Below are positions 44,867 through 55,132 of a stretch of DNA of 64,000 bases, in pieces. Origin of the DNA: Candidatus Micrarchaeota archaeon (GTDB lineage Archaea > Micrarchaeota > Micrarchaeia > Anstonellales > Bilamarchaeaceae); contig JAFGCC010000014.1 of NCBI GenBank assembly GCA_016932815.1, positions 80,129-144,128 of the forward strand, given 5' to 3'. The position numbers and the translations under genes were made by a program. Position 1 is the stretch's first letter. Each line of letters opens with the position of its first letter. Below the pieces are notes generated by a model, which saw nothing but the letters and a program-made list of their open reading frames with translations, made no database searches and was not told the DNA's origin.

Positions 44867-45283
44867 ATGCAGGCTGAAAAATTCTCCTCTTATCTGCTTG
44901 AGCGCTTTGGGATAGTGCTTCCTGCGGATGTGGAACTTGTGGGGGAGAATTCACTTCGGGTTATGAACAAAGGATTGAAGGGGTTCGCTACTTCCACCCC
45001 AAAGGGGATTCCGGCTTCCAGGATGAAGGGGAAGTTCCCGAAACCCACTACTGCGTTCGTACAGGTGTTTGGGAAGCTTGCGAATAAGAATGTGATTTCG
45101 GTTGGGGAGGAGGATGCGATGAGATATCTTGCGGGGGAAGAATTCGAAACCGGTGCGGGGGATGTGGAAACAGGATACGTAATAGTGCAGCATGAGGGCG
45201 CGGTCCTTGGAATCGGGTTCTACAAAGAAGGCAGGGTGGAGAACATGCTGCCTAAAGGAAGGAGAATAAGGAAAAAGAATTGA
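44867..45283 (+). CDS. Small PUA-like/Nip7-like protein (tentative)
   Basis: 138 aa. The C-terminal GYVIVQHEGAVLGIGFYKEGRVENMLPKGRRI is PUA-like. It is coupled 6 nt after the HEAT gene and lies near the NOP2/Sun gene. Confidence 0.4.
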   Translation: MQAEKFSSYLLERFGIVLPADVELVGENSLRVMNKGLKGFATSTPKGIPASRMKGKFPKPTTAFVQVFGKLANKNVISVGEEDAMRYLAGEEFETGAGDVETGYVIVQHEGAVLGIGFYKEGRVENMLPKGRRIRKKN

Positions 45284-45285
45284 GG

Positions 45286-45302
45286 GGAGGGAACTGCCCT
45301 CC
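45286..45302. terminator. Hairpin GGAGGG-aactg-CCCTCC plus a T-run between convergent genes
   Basis: It is an inverted repeat followed by cgcactttttatcc. Confidence 0.4.
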
Positions 45303-45334
45303 ACCGCGCACTTTTTATCCGTTTATCCGGCTGC

Positions 45335-48109
45335 TCACTCTAAAACGAGGGCGGGCTTTCCGGGTGCGGCTGCGCCTGATTTATCATGGCCGCCTTCGGT
45401 TTCCCTGCGCACAATCAATTCTGCAGCAAGCTCTTTTGAAAGGAAGGAAGAAGCATCGGAGAGCACGGAGAATTCTTCATCTTCAGAGAGGATTGGGCCG
45501 AGCGAATGCACCTTCTTCATGAGGGACTTTGCGAATGCGCTTGCTTTTCCCATGTCCGCATTGTTTTCTTTTGCCCACTCTATTCCCGCGCGCATATCCT
45601 TTTTCTCGCGCATTGCGGAATACACTCCGCGCTTTTGGGAATCGGCAACGTAAACGTAGATTTTGGAGGGCTTCTTGCCGAAGCGCTCCTCAATCATCTG
45701 CGCATCGTGCGCCACCCCGGAAACGATTTCCTCTCCAAGCTCCGCGGATTCGTCTATTGAAGATTCATCCGCCTGCGGGAAGGCCTGCTCAACTGCGAAA
45801 CCCTCTCCTCCGAGCGAATGCCAGATTTCCTCAGCTAGGTGCGGCATGAAGGGCGAGAATGCAATCGCCCATTTTTGCAGGAAGGATTTTAGGGCCGGCT
45901 TTTGCGCCCTCTTCATGTACCACTGCAATTCCGAATACATTTCGTAGAAGAACATCTGCCCCAGTTCGCGCATGCCCATAGAATCGTAGAGTGCGGGGGC
46001 GGCTTTGAGCTTGCGGTTTAGGCGCGAATGCAGCCAGCAGTCTGCGGGGGAATCGCCGTCCTCTTTTGCATAGTCTAGGAGGGAGAGGAAATAGCCTATG
46101 CGCTCTTTTACCCCTACTGCCACGCTTGCCTCAAAATCGGTATCGGCTGAGAGTTCTGCCCCCCCGACAACGGAGAAGCGGATTACGTCCGCGCCGTATT
46201 CGCGGATTGCCTTCCTAAGTGGAAGGATGTTTCCAAACGACTTGCTCATTTTCTTGCCCTCCATTAGCACGAAGCCGTTTACCACTATGCTTTTTGGCCA
46301 GTTTTCTTTTGGGAAAATCGCGGAATGGTTGAACACGAAAAAGGGCAGGTGGTTGCGCACCAAATCCGCTCCTGAGTGGCGCGCATCAAGGGGGTACCAG
46401 TAGAGGAACTTTTCGCGGAGTTCCTGCGCTTTTTGGCGCAGGGGGGAGCCTTCTTTCATGGATTCGGAGTTGGGGGCAACCTTTCCAAGGAATAAATAAT
46501 CGAAGAATTCCTCGCTTAAATCTGTTGGCTCCATTTTGGATAGCTCGTGCGAAACCGTGTAGAATGCCATGTAGATTGTGGAATCGGATAGCGGCTCAAC
46601 GATTTTGGTTTCATCGAAGGGGAAGGGGGTGCCCAGGCCGGAGCCGCGGGTGCAGGCTTTTTCCTTTAGCCAGTCGATTGTGGCAAGGTAGTCCTTGCGC
46701 GTGTTCTCCGGGATTAGTTCCATGCGGGAGAGGCAGTCTTTCGCCTTTGCCTTCCAGGAGGAATCCCCGTAGTTTATGAACCATTGGTCATCCACTTTCT
46801 TGACTACGACTTTTTCTCCGCAGCGGCAGAAAACCGGGCCTTTTGCTATTACGTGGACCTTGAATGCCCGCCCAATTGAGACGAGCTTGGAGGTTATTTT
46901 CTCCTTTGCATCCAGGGTGGGAATGCCGGAGAACTCGCCTATGCTCATCCTGCCTCCGTGCGCCTCTTTTTTGTAGAGCTCCTTGGTTGCAAGTTCCACT
47001 TTGGAGTCCTGCTGGCTTTCCACGCTGTGCTTCTCGATTACGTCCTGGGCGGGGAACTTTCCCTTGGGGGCGCCTTCGAAATCCAATACTGTTACGGGAT
47101 TAACTTCATCAAGCTTGCCCAAATCGCGCAATGCAACGTAATCGTAGGGCGCATGAGCCGGGACGCTCATTACTATTCCCGTTCCCTCTCCGGGCTTTAC
47201 AAACGGGGCGCGGAGGATTGGGATTTTCTTTCCGGAATTGCCGCATCCTTCTTCAATGGGCGGGACCTGCACCTCCTTGCCGATTAGCTTGCTTGCGGGG
47301 ACTTCGCCTAGGAGTTCGCCTTCAAACTGGTGCGATAGCGAATCCCAAGCCCCCTTGCCAAAGTAGAGAACATCGTTGCCCACCCTCACTTTTACCAGGG
47401 TGGAATCCGGGTTCAGCCAGATGTTGGTTACCCCGTAGATTGTTTCGGGGCGGTAGGTGCTGGTAACGAGATACTCACTATCGGAAAGAAGGAACTTTAT
47501 TGCGGCAACTTCCTCTATTTCGGGGTCCACGTCTCCTTTTGTGTCGTGGGAGCTTACCACGTTGTTGTCCGAAGGGCAGTAAGAGAGGAAGTGGCTTCCC
47601 TGGATTATCAGCCCCTGCTCTTTTAGCTTGCGCATCTGCCATTGTATGAACTTGTTGAAATGCGCATCAAAAGTGTAGAACTTGCGCCTCCAGTCTATGG
47701 AGTAGCCCATCTCTTTCATCCCTTCTTCTATTTCGCGGGAGAAATAGAGGACGAGCTCGCGGGGGTCGCCTAGCTCTTCAAACTTGGATTCTGGGATTGC
47801 GTAGATGTTCTTGAATATTGAGAGGAGCTCGGCGTCTTTTTCGCGCACCTTCTTGGCCATTGCGATTATGGGCGTGCCCGTAACGTGGAAGGCCATTGGG
47901 AGGAGAACGTTGTTTCCGCACAGGCGCGCATAGCGGGCGTGGATATCCAAAATGGTATAGGTTCGGCCGTGGCCTATGTGCTGCGGCGAATTGGGGTATG
48001 GGAAGGCGGCTGTGTAGAAGCGCTTCTTGCCCCCGGAATCGGCTGGTTCGTATATGCCTTTGGCGGCCCACTCTTTCTGCCATTTTTCCTCAAAATTCCT
48101 CAAATCCAT
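45335..48109 (-). CDS. leuS: Leucyl-tRNA synthetase (archaeal type)
   Basis: Has the HIGH motif region (PYPNSPQHIGHGRTY) and the KMSKS motif (KMSKSFGN). Length is 924 aa. Confidence 0.9.
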   Translation of the reverse strand: MDLRNFEEKWQKEWAAKGIYEPADSGGKKRFYTAAFPYPNSPQHIGHGRTYTILDIHARYARLCGNNVLLPMAFHVTGTPIIAMAKKVREKDAELLSIFKNIYAIPESKFEELGDPRELVLYFSREIEEGMKEMGYSIDWRRKFYTFDAHFNKFIQWQMRKLKEQGLIIQGSHFLSYCPSDNNVVSSHDTKGDVDPEIEEVAAIKFLLSDSEYLVTSTYRPETIYGVTNIWLNPDSTLVKVRVGNDVLYFGKGAWDSLSHQFEGELLGEVPASKLIGKEVQVPPIEEGCGNSGKKIPILRAPFVKPGEGTGIVMSVPAHAPYDYVALRDLGKLDEVNPVTVLDFEGAPKGKFPAQDVIEKHSVESQQDSKVELATKELYKKEAHGGRMSIGEFSGIPTLDAKEKITSKLVSIGRAFKVHVIAKGPVFCRCGEKVVVKKVDDQWFINYGDSSWKAKAKDCLSRMELIPENTRKDYLATIDWLKEKACTRGSGLGTPFPFDETKIVEPLSDSTIYMAFYTVSHELSKMEPTDLSEEFFDYLFLGKVAPNSESMKEGSPLRQKAQELREKFLYWYPLDARHSGADLVRNHLPFFVFNHSAIFPKENWPKSIVVNGFVLMEGKKMSKSFGNILPLRKAIREYGADVIRFSVVGGAELSADTDFEASVAVGVKERIGYFLSLLDYAKEDGDSPADCWLHSRLNRKLKAAPALYDSMGMRELGQMFFYEMYSELQWYMKRAQKPALKSFLQKWAIAFSPFMPHLAEEIWHSLGGEGFAVEQAFPQADESSIDESAELGEEIVSGVAHDAQMIEERFGKKPSKIYVYVADSQKRGVYSAMREKKDMRAGIEWAKENNADMGKASAFAKSLMKKVHSLGPILSEDEEFSVLSDASSFLSKELAAELIVRRETEGGHDKSGAAAPGKPALVLE

Positions 48110-48227
48110 GAAAATTACCTTATTGGGCGCTGCCCGGGCTTGGCGGGAGCGCTTTTTTGATGCTTTTTTCAGAATAGGATTGTTGATAGAATACCTTTAT
48201 ATTTGTTATAGCGCACAAAGTGGGTAT

Positions 48228-49445
48228 ATGCTCCCATACGCGGCAGCCTTGGATTCGTTGCCACTGCTAACAGCGGACCTCTCCAATGTTGCACAGGTTG
48301 CACCATTTGATTTCTCGCTGGTGTTCTTAGCGATGCTAATTGGGGGCACAATCGGGATACTCTACTACATCTTATCCAAGGTGCTCGCATCCCCGCAGAT
48401 TGAGGCGTTTGCAAAAGAGGAGTTCTCGCAATGGTTCATCAACCTCTTCATAGTCGTATTGTGGCTGGTGGTGTATGGGGCTTTGGGCTCTGTAATCTCC
48501 ATAGTGGCGTGCGACGGGGCTCCCGCGTGCGACCAGTTCAGCGTCGCGTTCTTCGCGCTGGACACGGTTTATTGGCAGCTATTTAGCGCGTATTCTGCGT
48601 TCTTGTCAATTGAGTTCCTTGTGGGTTTCTTCTCAAGTGTGGGCTTCAGCCTTCCTCTGGGAATCCCGCTAGCGGCGGTAAAGTGGTTCGGCTTCTCCCC
48701 CCTGGGGGGGCTTGCGATGCTCAGCAACGTCGTAGTCAATGTTGTTGAGAGCGTGGGGATGCTTGTAGGGCTGGTGGTTGGGAGGGAGCAGCTTTTGAGC
48801 CTGTTTAGGGATATTGTGCCCAAGTTCCTGCTTCCGTTTGGGCTGCTTTTGCGCGCACTCCCGTTTACGAGGATTACCGGCTCAAGCATAATTGCGATTT
48901 CCTTTGCCGCATTCTTCATATTCCCCCTATCAATCATACTCTCGCACTACATGATGTTTGAGGTGCAGGCAACCAACACTTATATCCCTATTGTGCCCAC
49001 TCCCACGGGCTTCTGCGAACTGCCGGAGAACGAGGCGGAATTCCTCAATTCAACTGCGTACCTGGCGGACAAGAACCATGAGGTGGGAGAATACCTCGCA
49101 TACTCGCCTGAGAGCCAGGTGTCTTATGACAGCCTGCGCTACCAATTTACGGAGTTCATCTCCTCTGCGGCGGAAGGGCTTGGGGCGACGACTTCCAACA
49201 TATTCGGGTTCACGGGGCAGTGGTACACCTCGATTAACCTGATTCCGGCGCTTGCCAAGCCGACCACTTTCGCGTATTTCTTCTATTACCTGCTCCTAAA
49301 CCAGCTCCAGGTCTCAGCGAGGCTTGCCGTTATGACCGCCGTGTCGTTCGTGATGGAGATACTAATCACGATTACCGGATACAGGGCGATTGCCGCCGCA
49401 ATAGGCGGAGAGCTCGAGATACTCGGGCTAACGAAGGTGGTCTAG
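48228..49445 (+). CDS. Polytopic membrane protein, paralog 1 of a six-gene family (start at the internal ATG after the LeuS overlap)
   Basis: It has about 8 TM segments. The core motif is LLRALPFTRITGSSIIAISFAAFFIFPLS and the C-terminus is GGELEILGLTKVV. A TATA box (cctttatattt) lies about 25 nt upstream. Confidence 0.75.
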   Translation: MLPYAAALDSLPLLTADLSNVAQVAPFDFSLVFLAMLIGGTIGILYYILSKVLASPQIEAFAKEEFSQWFINLFIVVLWLVVYGALGSVISIVACDGAPACDQFSVAFFALDTVYWQLFSAYSAFLSIEFLVGFFSSVGFSLPLGIPLAAVKWFGFSPLGGLAMLSNVVVNVVESVGMLVGLVVGREQLLSLFRDIVPKFLLPFGLLLRALPFTRITGSSIIAISFAAFFIFPLSIILSHYMMFEVQATNTYIPIVPTPTGFCELPENEAEFLNSTAYLADKNHEVGEYLAYSPESQVSYDSLRYQFTEFISSAAEGLGATTSNIFGFTGQWYTSINLIPALAKPTTFAYFFYYLLLNQLQVSARLAVMTAVSFVMEILITITGYRAIAAAIGGELEILGLTKVV

Positions 49446-49446
49446 G

Positions 49447-50391
49447 ATGCTTCCCGATTTGCACGTGCAGGTAATTGGCGTGACGATTGCGGCCATTGCC
49501 GCCTACATCGGGGTTGTGTTCATGGCCTCAAAGGCGCTTGGGCGCCCCCAGTTGACGGCGTACGCGAAAATTGAGGCGAACCAGCTATTCATCTCCGGGC
49601 TAATCCTGGTGATTGCCCTTGGGGCGTGGCACTTCTCAAACGGGATGATGGAGCACCTTACCGGATTCGGGCTTGAATCTGCGCCGCTGAAGTTTCTGGA
49701 CCGGATAATCAACGAGGGGATACTGCCCGTTTACGTCAAGCTTGTGCGCATGGAGGTTGCGCTTACCTATTTCAACGCGATTGAATACAGGATGGGGCCC
49801 GGGGTTTGGAACTTCACTACGCGCGTGGTTCCGGGGCTCGACCCCCTAATCTCTATTGTGCGCATGCTCATCTTTTCATATACCGCATTGTACGGGACGT
49901 TCTCGGTATTCGTCATTGTATTCACGATTGTGCCGGGGATACTCTATCCATTCATCCTTCCTGCGGGGATAGTGCTGCGTTTTTTCCCGCCAACGCGTGA
50001 TGCGGGAGTCTACCTCATAGCGCTAGCCCTGGCTTTCCAGACGCTCTTTCCGATACTTTATGTGATGAACTTCGTCGCTTTGAGCGAGATGTGGGTGGGG
50101 CACGAATGGGTGGCCGACGACCCCGACAGGCATGACGAATATACCCCGAACATAGAGCAAAGCAGTTATTTCAACGAGGTTAATGCCGCTGCGGGGGCAG
50201 CCGGCACGGCCGCCAGCGGATTCTCAACGTGGTTCCCGGTGCTCCAGCCGTTTTCGTTCGCGGGGCTCCTGCCGTTTTTGGACAGGGTTGCCCAGCTCTC
50301 ATTAGTGGGGCTGGTACTCCCGGCGCTGGTGTTTACGCTGGTGCTCTCAATGGTGAGCGCGGTGACGAAATTCATAACGGGGAGGGGATGA
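49447..50391 (+). CDS. Polytopic membrane protein, paralog 2
   Basis: Core motif VLRFFPPTRDAGVYLIALALAF. It starts 2 nt after the stop of paralog 1. Confidence 0.75.
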   Translation: MLPDLHVQVIGVTIAAIAAYIGVVFMASKALGRPQLTAYAKIEANQLFISGLILVIALGAWHFSNGMMEHLTGFGLESAPLKFLDRIINEGILPVYVKLVRMEVALTYFNAIEYRMGPGVWNFTTRVVPGLDPLISIVRMLIFSYTALYGTFSVFVIVFTIVPGILYPFILPAGIVLRFFPPTRDAGVYLIALALAFQTLFPILYVMNFVALSEMWVGHEWVADDPDRHDEYTPNIEQSSYFNEVNAAAGAAGTAASGFSTWFPVLQPFSFAGLLPFLDRVAQLSLVGLVLPALVFTLVLSMVSAVTKFITGRG

Positions 50392-50392
50392 G

Positions 50393-51649
50393 ATGCTGCC
50401 GACAGACCTATCCAGCATGGCAAGCCTTGAAGCGGTGTGGCTTGAGTGGCAGGTTGTCGCTTTTGCGGCACTCATGATTGCAACCGGGTTTGCGGCAATC
50501 GCCTATGCGTTTGGGCACTTCCTCTCCAACGAGAAGATAATCGCTTTTGCGAAATTGGAATTCGCGGAAATCATATACTCGGCGGTGCTAATCGTTTCTG
50601 TGCTCTGGGTGCTGGGGATGGCATCGGGGGCCGTGGAGGTCATGATTGAGGGGGCTTATCCGCACAACCTGGGGAGCACTATTTGCAGCCCCACATACGA
50701 TGCGTATTTCGGGGGGGATGCGAACTTCCCCTGCCACCTGAGGGTTGCGCGGTATTACCTGGATACGCTCTACAACGAGGGAAAGGAGTTCAACTACGAG
50801 CTCCTCTCTGCGCACATGTGGTATTCGTTCTTCCAGGGATTCCACCTTACAGGAGACTTCCATGAGCATGCAAGCGGGACTGTGGAATTCTCTCCTATGG
50901 GTTCGCTCTTTAGCCTGCCCTCTGCGGTTTATTCCTACATGTTTGAGTTCGGGATGCGCGCCATGCTGATTGTGCGCTTCCAGGCGTTCTTCATAAATTT
51001 CATAAACTACTCGCTATACCCGGTGCTGCTGATGCTGGGGATGATACTGCGCACATTCCCGTTCTCAAGGAGGATTGGGGGGCTTTTAATGGCGATTGGA
51101 ATCTGCCTTTACTTCGTTTTCCCGATGTTTTATGTGTTTGGGGGGTACGTGTTTGAGAACGTGCGCGAGAACGTGGACTGCGAGAATCCGGATGCGCAGG
51201 GGTATTGCCCCGTGATTGCCACCCTCACTTTCAACCCGCAGGAGCTTTATGAGGGGGTGGACTTCGTATCGGAGGACCCAAACGGGGTTAGCGCGATTGG
51301 GAAGGTTAAGCCTGCGGAGATAGGCACTGATGAGTTCAAGCTGTTGTATAATGGAACGGACACGTATTGCGATGTCAACAACATGGGGGTGGAGGGAATC
51401 GGCTCCACCACGTGGAACCTCCTGCGCTCCTCGGTTTTCGCCTTTGATTTTACCACGCTGCTATCAAGCGAGGAATACATGGATTCCATAGTCGGCCCCG
51501 GAGGGGCGATAGACGCTACTGCGAGATTGACGTTCTTCTCGATGTTCTTTGCGCTTCTTGCAATCTTCTCAACTATCGGAGCCATAAGGAGCCTATCCCC
51601 GATATTCGGGGGAGACATTGAGCTTGCGGGGCTTACGCACTTGATATGA
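50393..51649 (+). CDS. Polytopic membrane protein, paralog 3
   Basis: Core motif ILRTFPFSRRIGGLLMAIGICLYFVFP. C-terminus GGDIELAGLTHLI. Confidence 0.75.
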   Translation: MLPTDLSSMASLEAVWLEWQVVAFAALMIATGFAAIAYAFGHFLSNEKIIAFAKLEFAEIIYSAVLIVSVLWVLGMASGAVEVMIEGAYPHNLGSTICSPTYDAYFGGDANFPCHLRVARYYLDTLYNEGKEFNYELLSAHMWYSFFQGFHLTGDFHEHASGTVEFSPMGSLFSLPSAVYSYMFEFGMRAMLIVRFQAFFINFINYSLYPVLLMLGMILRTFPFSRRIGGLLMAIGICLYFVFPMFYVFGGYVFENVRENVDCENPDAQGYCPVIATLTFNPQELYEGVDFVSEDPNGVSAIGKVKPAEIGTDEFKLLYNGTDTYCDVNNMGVEGIGSTTWNLLRSSVFAFDFTTLLSSEEYMDSIVGPGGAIDATARLTFFSMFFALLAIFSTIGAIRSLSPIFGGDIELAGLTHLI

Positions 51650-51655
51650 GGTTGT

Positions 51656-52909
51656 ATGCAAATGAAGGATGCGGAAATGAAAATCAGGGTCGGGGCTCTC
51701 CTGCTCTCCCTGCTGCTGTGCTCGTGCGCGTTCGCGCAGGAAGGCTCAGGCGACTCTCCGCTATACGATTTGCCGGATGGCGCTTCCGCAGAGGGGGCGG
51801 CAACGGATGGAGTCCTTAGTGCCTCGGAGCCCGCAAGTTATGGGGCGCTAGCAGAATTCGACGCGAACCAGGACGAGGTCTCAGAGCGGATTGATGAGCA
51901 GCTTGATTCCACCCTGGGCGTGTTTAGCGGGACCTGCGCGCAGGACCCTGCGGAGAATTTCGATTTTGTTGTTCCCACTATGCTCGCATTGCTGGTAATC
52001 GGGATGGGGATTGCGATTTTCTACATGGCGGGCAACTTCCTTGGCTCGCCGCAGCTTATTGCGATGAGCAAGCAGGAGCTATTTGAGCTAATACACACCG
52101 CGCTGATTGTGGTGTTGTTTGCGCTGTTATTGAGATTCGCAGACCAGCTGATTTTCTCCGGGAGCGGGGGGAGCAGCATATACGATGTTTCCCTTGAGTA
52201 TTCGCTCCTGATGATACACAAGATAACAAAGGACACTATGTGGCTATCCCTCATAAACACGCTAATATACATGCTATATAGCGCTCCTTTGAGGCTGGGC
52301 GGCTCACTGCACCATGCTGTGCACTTCAACCTGGGGGGAGTGCTCAAGCCGTTCGTGGACGCGGTCGGGACCATGGCTTCGCTCTTGTCTTTTGCAATAG
52401 GCGAATGGATTGCGAACATCAGCGTTTTGTGCTTTATCAAGAGGTTCGTGCCCAATTTGTTCCTGCCAATCGGGGTGCTCCTAAAGGCGTTCCCGCAAAC
52501 GCGGGGCGGGGGGAATGCGGTAATAGCGATATGCATAGCGTTCTTCCTGATATACCCGGTAATGCTTTATATGAACCATGAGGCATACCTGTACAAATAC
52601 GGGGCGATAGGCGAGCGCAGCGGCCTGGAGGAAATCGTGAGCGCATTCATGGTGGAAACCGGATGGCTCAACCTTTCGTTCTATGCGTTCTTCCTGTGGC
52701 TCTTTACCGGGCAGCTTGTGGGAATTGCCTTCTTGACGCAGTTCGTGGTATTCTTCATAGACATGCTCTCGGATGTCATATACACTGTTTTCGTTTTGAG
52801 CATATTCCTGCCCCTAATGAACATATTCGTAACGCTCACTTTTGCAAGGGAGATAGCGAAGTACTTCGGGACGGAGATAAACATAGCCGCGTTCGTGAGG
52901 CTGATATGA
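51656..52909 (+). CDS. Polytopic membrane protein, paralog 4 (with an extra N-terminal signal peptide and acidic extracellular extension)
   Basis: It begins with the signal peptide MKIRVGALLLSLLLCSCAFAQ. Core motif LLKAFPQTRGGGNAVIAICIAFFLIYPV. C-terminus GTEINIAAFVRLI. Confidence 0.75.
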   Translation: MQMKDAEMKIRVGALLLSLLLCSCAFAQEGSGDSPLYDLPDGASAEGAATDGVLSASEPASYGALAEFDANQDEVSERIDEQLDSTLGVFSGTCAQDPAENFDFVVPTMLALLVIGMGIAIFYMAGNFLGSPQLIAMSKQELFELIHTALIVVLFALLLRFADQLIFSGSGGSSIYDVSLEYSLLMIHKITKDTMWLSLINTLIYMLYSAPLRLGGSLHHAVHFNLGGVLKPFVDAVGTMASLLSFAIGEWIANISVLCFIKRFVPNLFLPIGVLLKAFPQTRGGGNAVIAICIAFFLIYPVMLYMNHEAYLYKYGAIGERSGLEEIVSAFMVETGWLNLSFYAFFLWLFTGQLVGIAFLTQFVVFFIDMLSDVIYTVFVLSIFLPLMNIFVTLTFAREIAKYFGTEINIAAFVRLI

Positions 52910-52919
52910 GGTTGTTGAA

Positions 52920-54011
52920 ATGGAGATACTAGCTTCAAAATTCTGTTTTGCTTCGGGCTCTTCCATTGCGGATGCATTCTACATCCCGGAGTGGCAAACA
53001 CTCTCGCTGCTGGCCCTTGTAATCTCGGTGGGAATCCTCTCGGTCATTTACCTCTTCAACAGGCTCTTTGGCAACGAGCAGGGCGAGACTTGGGTAAAGA
53101 TTGAACTATTTGAGATACTGGCCACCTCGTTTATAGTGGTAATCATAATCGGGCTGCTCAATGCGGCCTGCGTGATTCCGGTTGGGGACCTGGGGATTAG
53201 CGTGGGAGACGATGCGGCGAACCTCAACGTGTTTGATGCGGCAGCGGAAACGCTAAGCCAGTTTTCGTGGGTATTGACTTATACGATGACTGCCCTGCAC
53301 ACTCTTTACATACCATTTGATTTCATGACCACCCAGACCATGACCGCACAGCCTTTGGGGATGGGAACCACGGTGCAGCCTACTGCTGGAATGGGGGCAG
53401 TCATCAAGCCCGGATACGTGAACGCGCTGCAGATGATGAGCGTTGCGTTCATAGTGGTGCGCGCGGAGCTGCTGCTCCTGGACTTTGCAACCTTTGCATT
53501 GATTAAGTATTACCTGCCCCTTGGGATACTATTGCGGTGCTTTGCTCCCACTAGGCGTATTGGGGGGACGCTAATCGGGCTGGTTGTGGGGGTGGTGCTG
53601 GTCCTCCCATCGCTTGTAGTCCTAAACGGGGTTTTCACGGAGTCGTTTACTTCTGCTGCAAACCCGTTTGGGTTGAATGAGCCAATCGAATTCTTAGGCT
53701 CCCTGCTTAGCGCCGGGGGGACTGCGATATGGAGCGACATGTGGGAGAGCTTCTCAGGTGCGTGGGGAGGCGGGAGCGGCTCGTTTACGCCGCTTAGCCT
53801 CTTCCAGATACCAATAGGGCTAGCATCGTCCATAGTGGGGCTGTTTGCAGGGCTTTATTCGTTCGTTTTCATGTGGGCTGCGGGGCAGGCATTCCTGATT
53901 GGGCTGTTCTTCCCGGCACTCAATACCCTTTTACTAGTTACCACCATAAGATACCTTACAAGGGCGTTCGGTGAGGAGATAGACGTCACGAACCTTACGA
54001 GGATGGTATAG
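52920..54011 (+). CDS. Polytopic membrane protein, paralog 5
   Basis: Core motif LLRCFAPTRRIGGTLIGLVVGVVLVLPS. C-terminus GEEIDVTNLTRMV. The junction sequence tgatatgaggttgt is shared with the paralog 3/4 junction. Confidence 0.75.
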   Translation: MEILASKFCFASGSSIADAFYIPEWQTLSLLALVISVGILSVIYLFNRLFGNEQGETWVKIELFEILATSFIVVIIIGLLNAACVIPVGDLGISVGDDAANLNVFDAAAETLSQFSWVLTYTMTALHTLYIPFDFMTTQTMTAQPLGMGTTVQPTAGMGAVIKPGYVNALQMMSVAFIVVRAELLLLDFATFALIKYYLPLGILLRCFAPTRRIGGTLIGLVVGVVLVLPSLVVLNGVFTESFTSAANPFGLNEPIEFLGSLLSAGGTAIWSDMWESFSGAWGGGSGSFTPLSLFQIPIGLASSIVGLFAGLYSFVFMWAAGQAFLIGLFFPALNTLLLVTTIRYLTRAFGEEIDVTNLTRMV

Positions 54012-55043
54012 ATGGCATGGGAAACAATCGCGATTGTCGCAGTCGGGCTTTCCGCCCTCCTTGCAGCGATAATGGTGATGTTCTCAAGGCTCTTTGGAGT
54101 GCCTTCCCTTGAGCAGTGGGCGAAAGCGGAGATGGTGTTTTCCATATCCACCTTGTTCTTGGTGCTCTTCCTGGTGGTCACGGTGCAGGCGGTGGAGCCA
54201 TTCCTAAAGGACCTGGTAGTGGAGATGAGCACGTATAATTACGCGCAGGCTACGGGGACTGCGATGGAGGTGCAGGTTTCAGATGACGCGAACCTCATGG
54301 ATTATACGATTGCATACATGACTTCCATGACTTCGTGCATGAGGACGCTGTTTGCATTTTTAATGAAGCTGAATTTCCCCCTGGAACTTACCGCATCATT
54401 CAAGATTGACGCTTTCATGTTTGATATTGTGACCGGGTGGGCGTTCAAGGGGCCGGTGCAGACTATACGGAACATTACCAATTACATTACGTTTACCCTG
54501 TTCATATACTACCTGTTCATACACGTTATGAGATTCGTCAATGCAACCGCCATGAGCGTGTTCCTCCCATTGGGCATAGTGCTGCGGCAGTTCCCGCCCA
54601 CAAGGGGGGCCGGGGCATTCGTGATTGCGTTTGCGCTTGGGTTCTATTTCGTCTTCCCATTTGCGTACCTGCTTGCAATCAACGTTACGCCGCAGACTTT
54701 TGCGTGCCTTCCTTTGCCCGAATTTGACATACCTTCTGCGGCTGGGCTTGGCGATATGAGCAAGGCATTTGAGCTTGCGGCGTGGACGGATGCAAACCAG
54801 AACGAGATTCTAGGGGCGATACAGGGAACCGGGACCTACATTGCCGGATTCTCATTGGACCAGTTCAACATAATCCCCGATGCCCTTGAGCCTGCGGGGG
54901 GGAGGCTTGCGGGCTTCTCCATAAACCTGTGCTGCCTGCCATTTATCGCGATGATGCTCACTATGACGTTCATACTCTCTACTATGAACCTCTTTGGGGC
55001 GAACCTGCCGGAAGTCGGAAGGGGATTCGTGAAATTGATTTGA
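54012..55043 (+). CDS. Polytopic membrane protein, paralog 6
   Basis: Core motif VLRQFPPTRGAGAFVIAFALGFYFVFPFAY. Its ATG abuts the preceding stop. Confidence 0.75.
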   Translation: MAWETIAIVAVGLSALLAAIMVMFSRLFGVPSLEQWAKAEMVFSISTLFLVLFLVVTVQAVEPFLKDLVVEMSTYNYAQATGTAMEVQVSDDANLMDYTIAYMTSMTSCMRTLFAFLMKLNFPLELTASFKIDAFMFDIVTGWAFKGPVQTIRNITNYITFTLFIYYLFIHVMRFVNATAMSVFLPLGIVLRQFPPTRGAGAFVIAFALGFYFVFPFAYLLAINVTPQTFACLPLPEFDIPSAAGLGDMSKAFELAAWTDANQNEILGAIQGTGTYIAGFSLDQFNIIPDALEPAGGRLAGFSINLCCLPFIAMMLTMTFILSTMNLFGANLPEVGRGFVKLI

Positions 55044-55132
55044 GGATTGCGCAGGAAGCCAGGGGCATCTTTGCGCACTTTGTGCCCGAGCACACAGAAA
55101 CCAATATTAATGCTGGCTTCCTTTAGTTTTCC

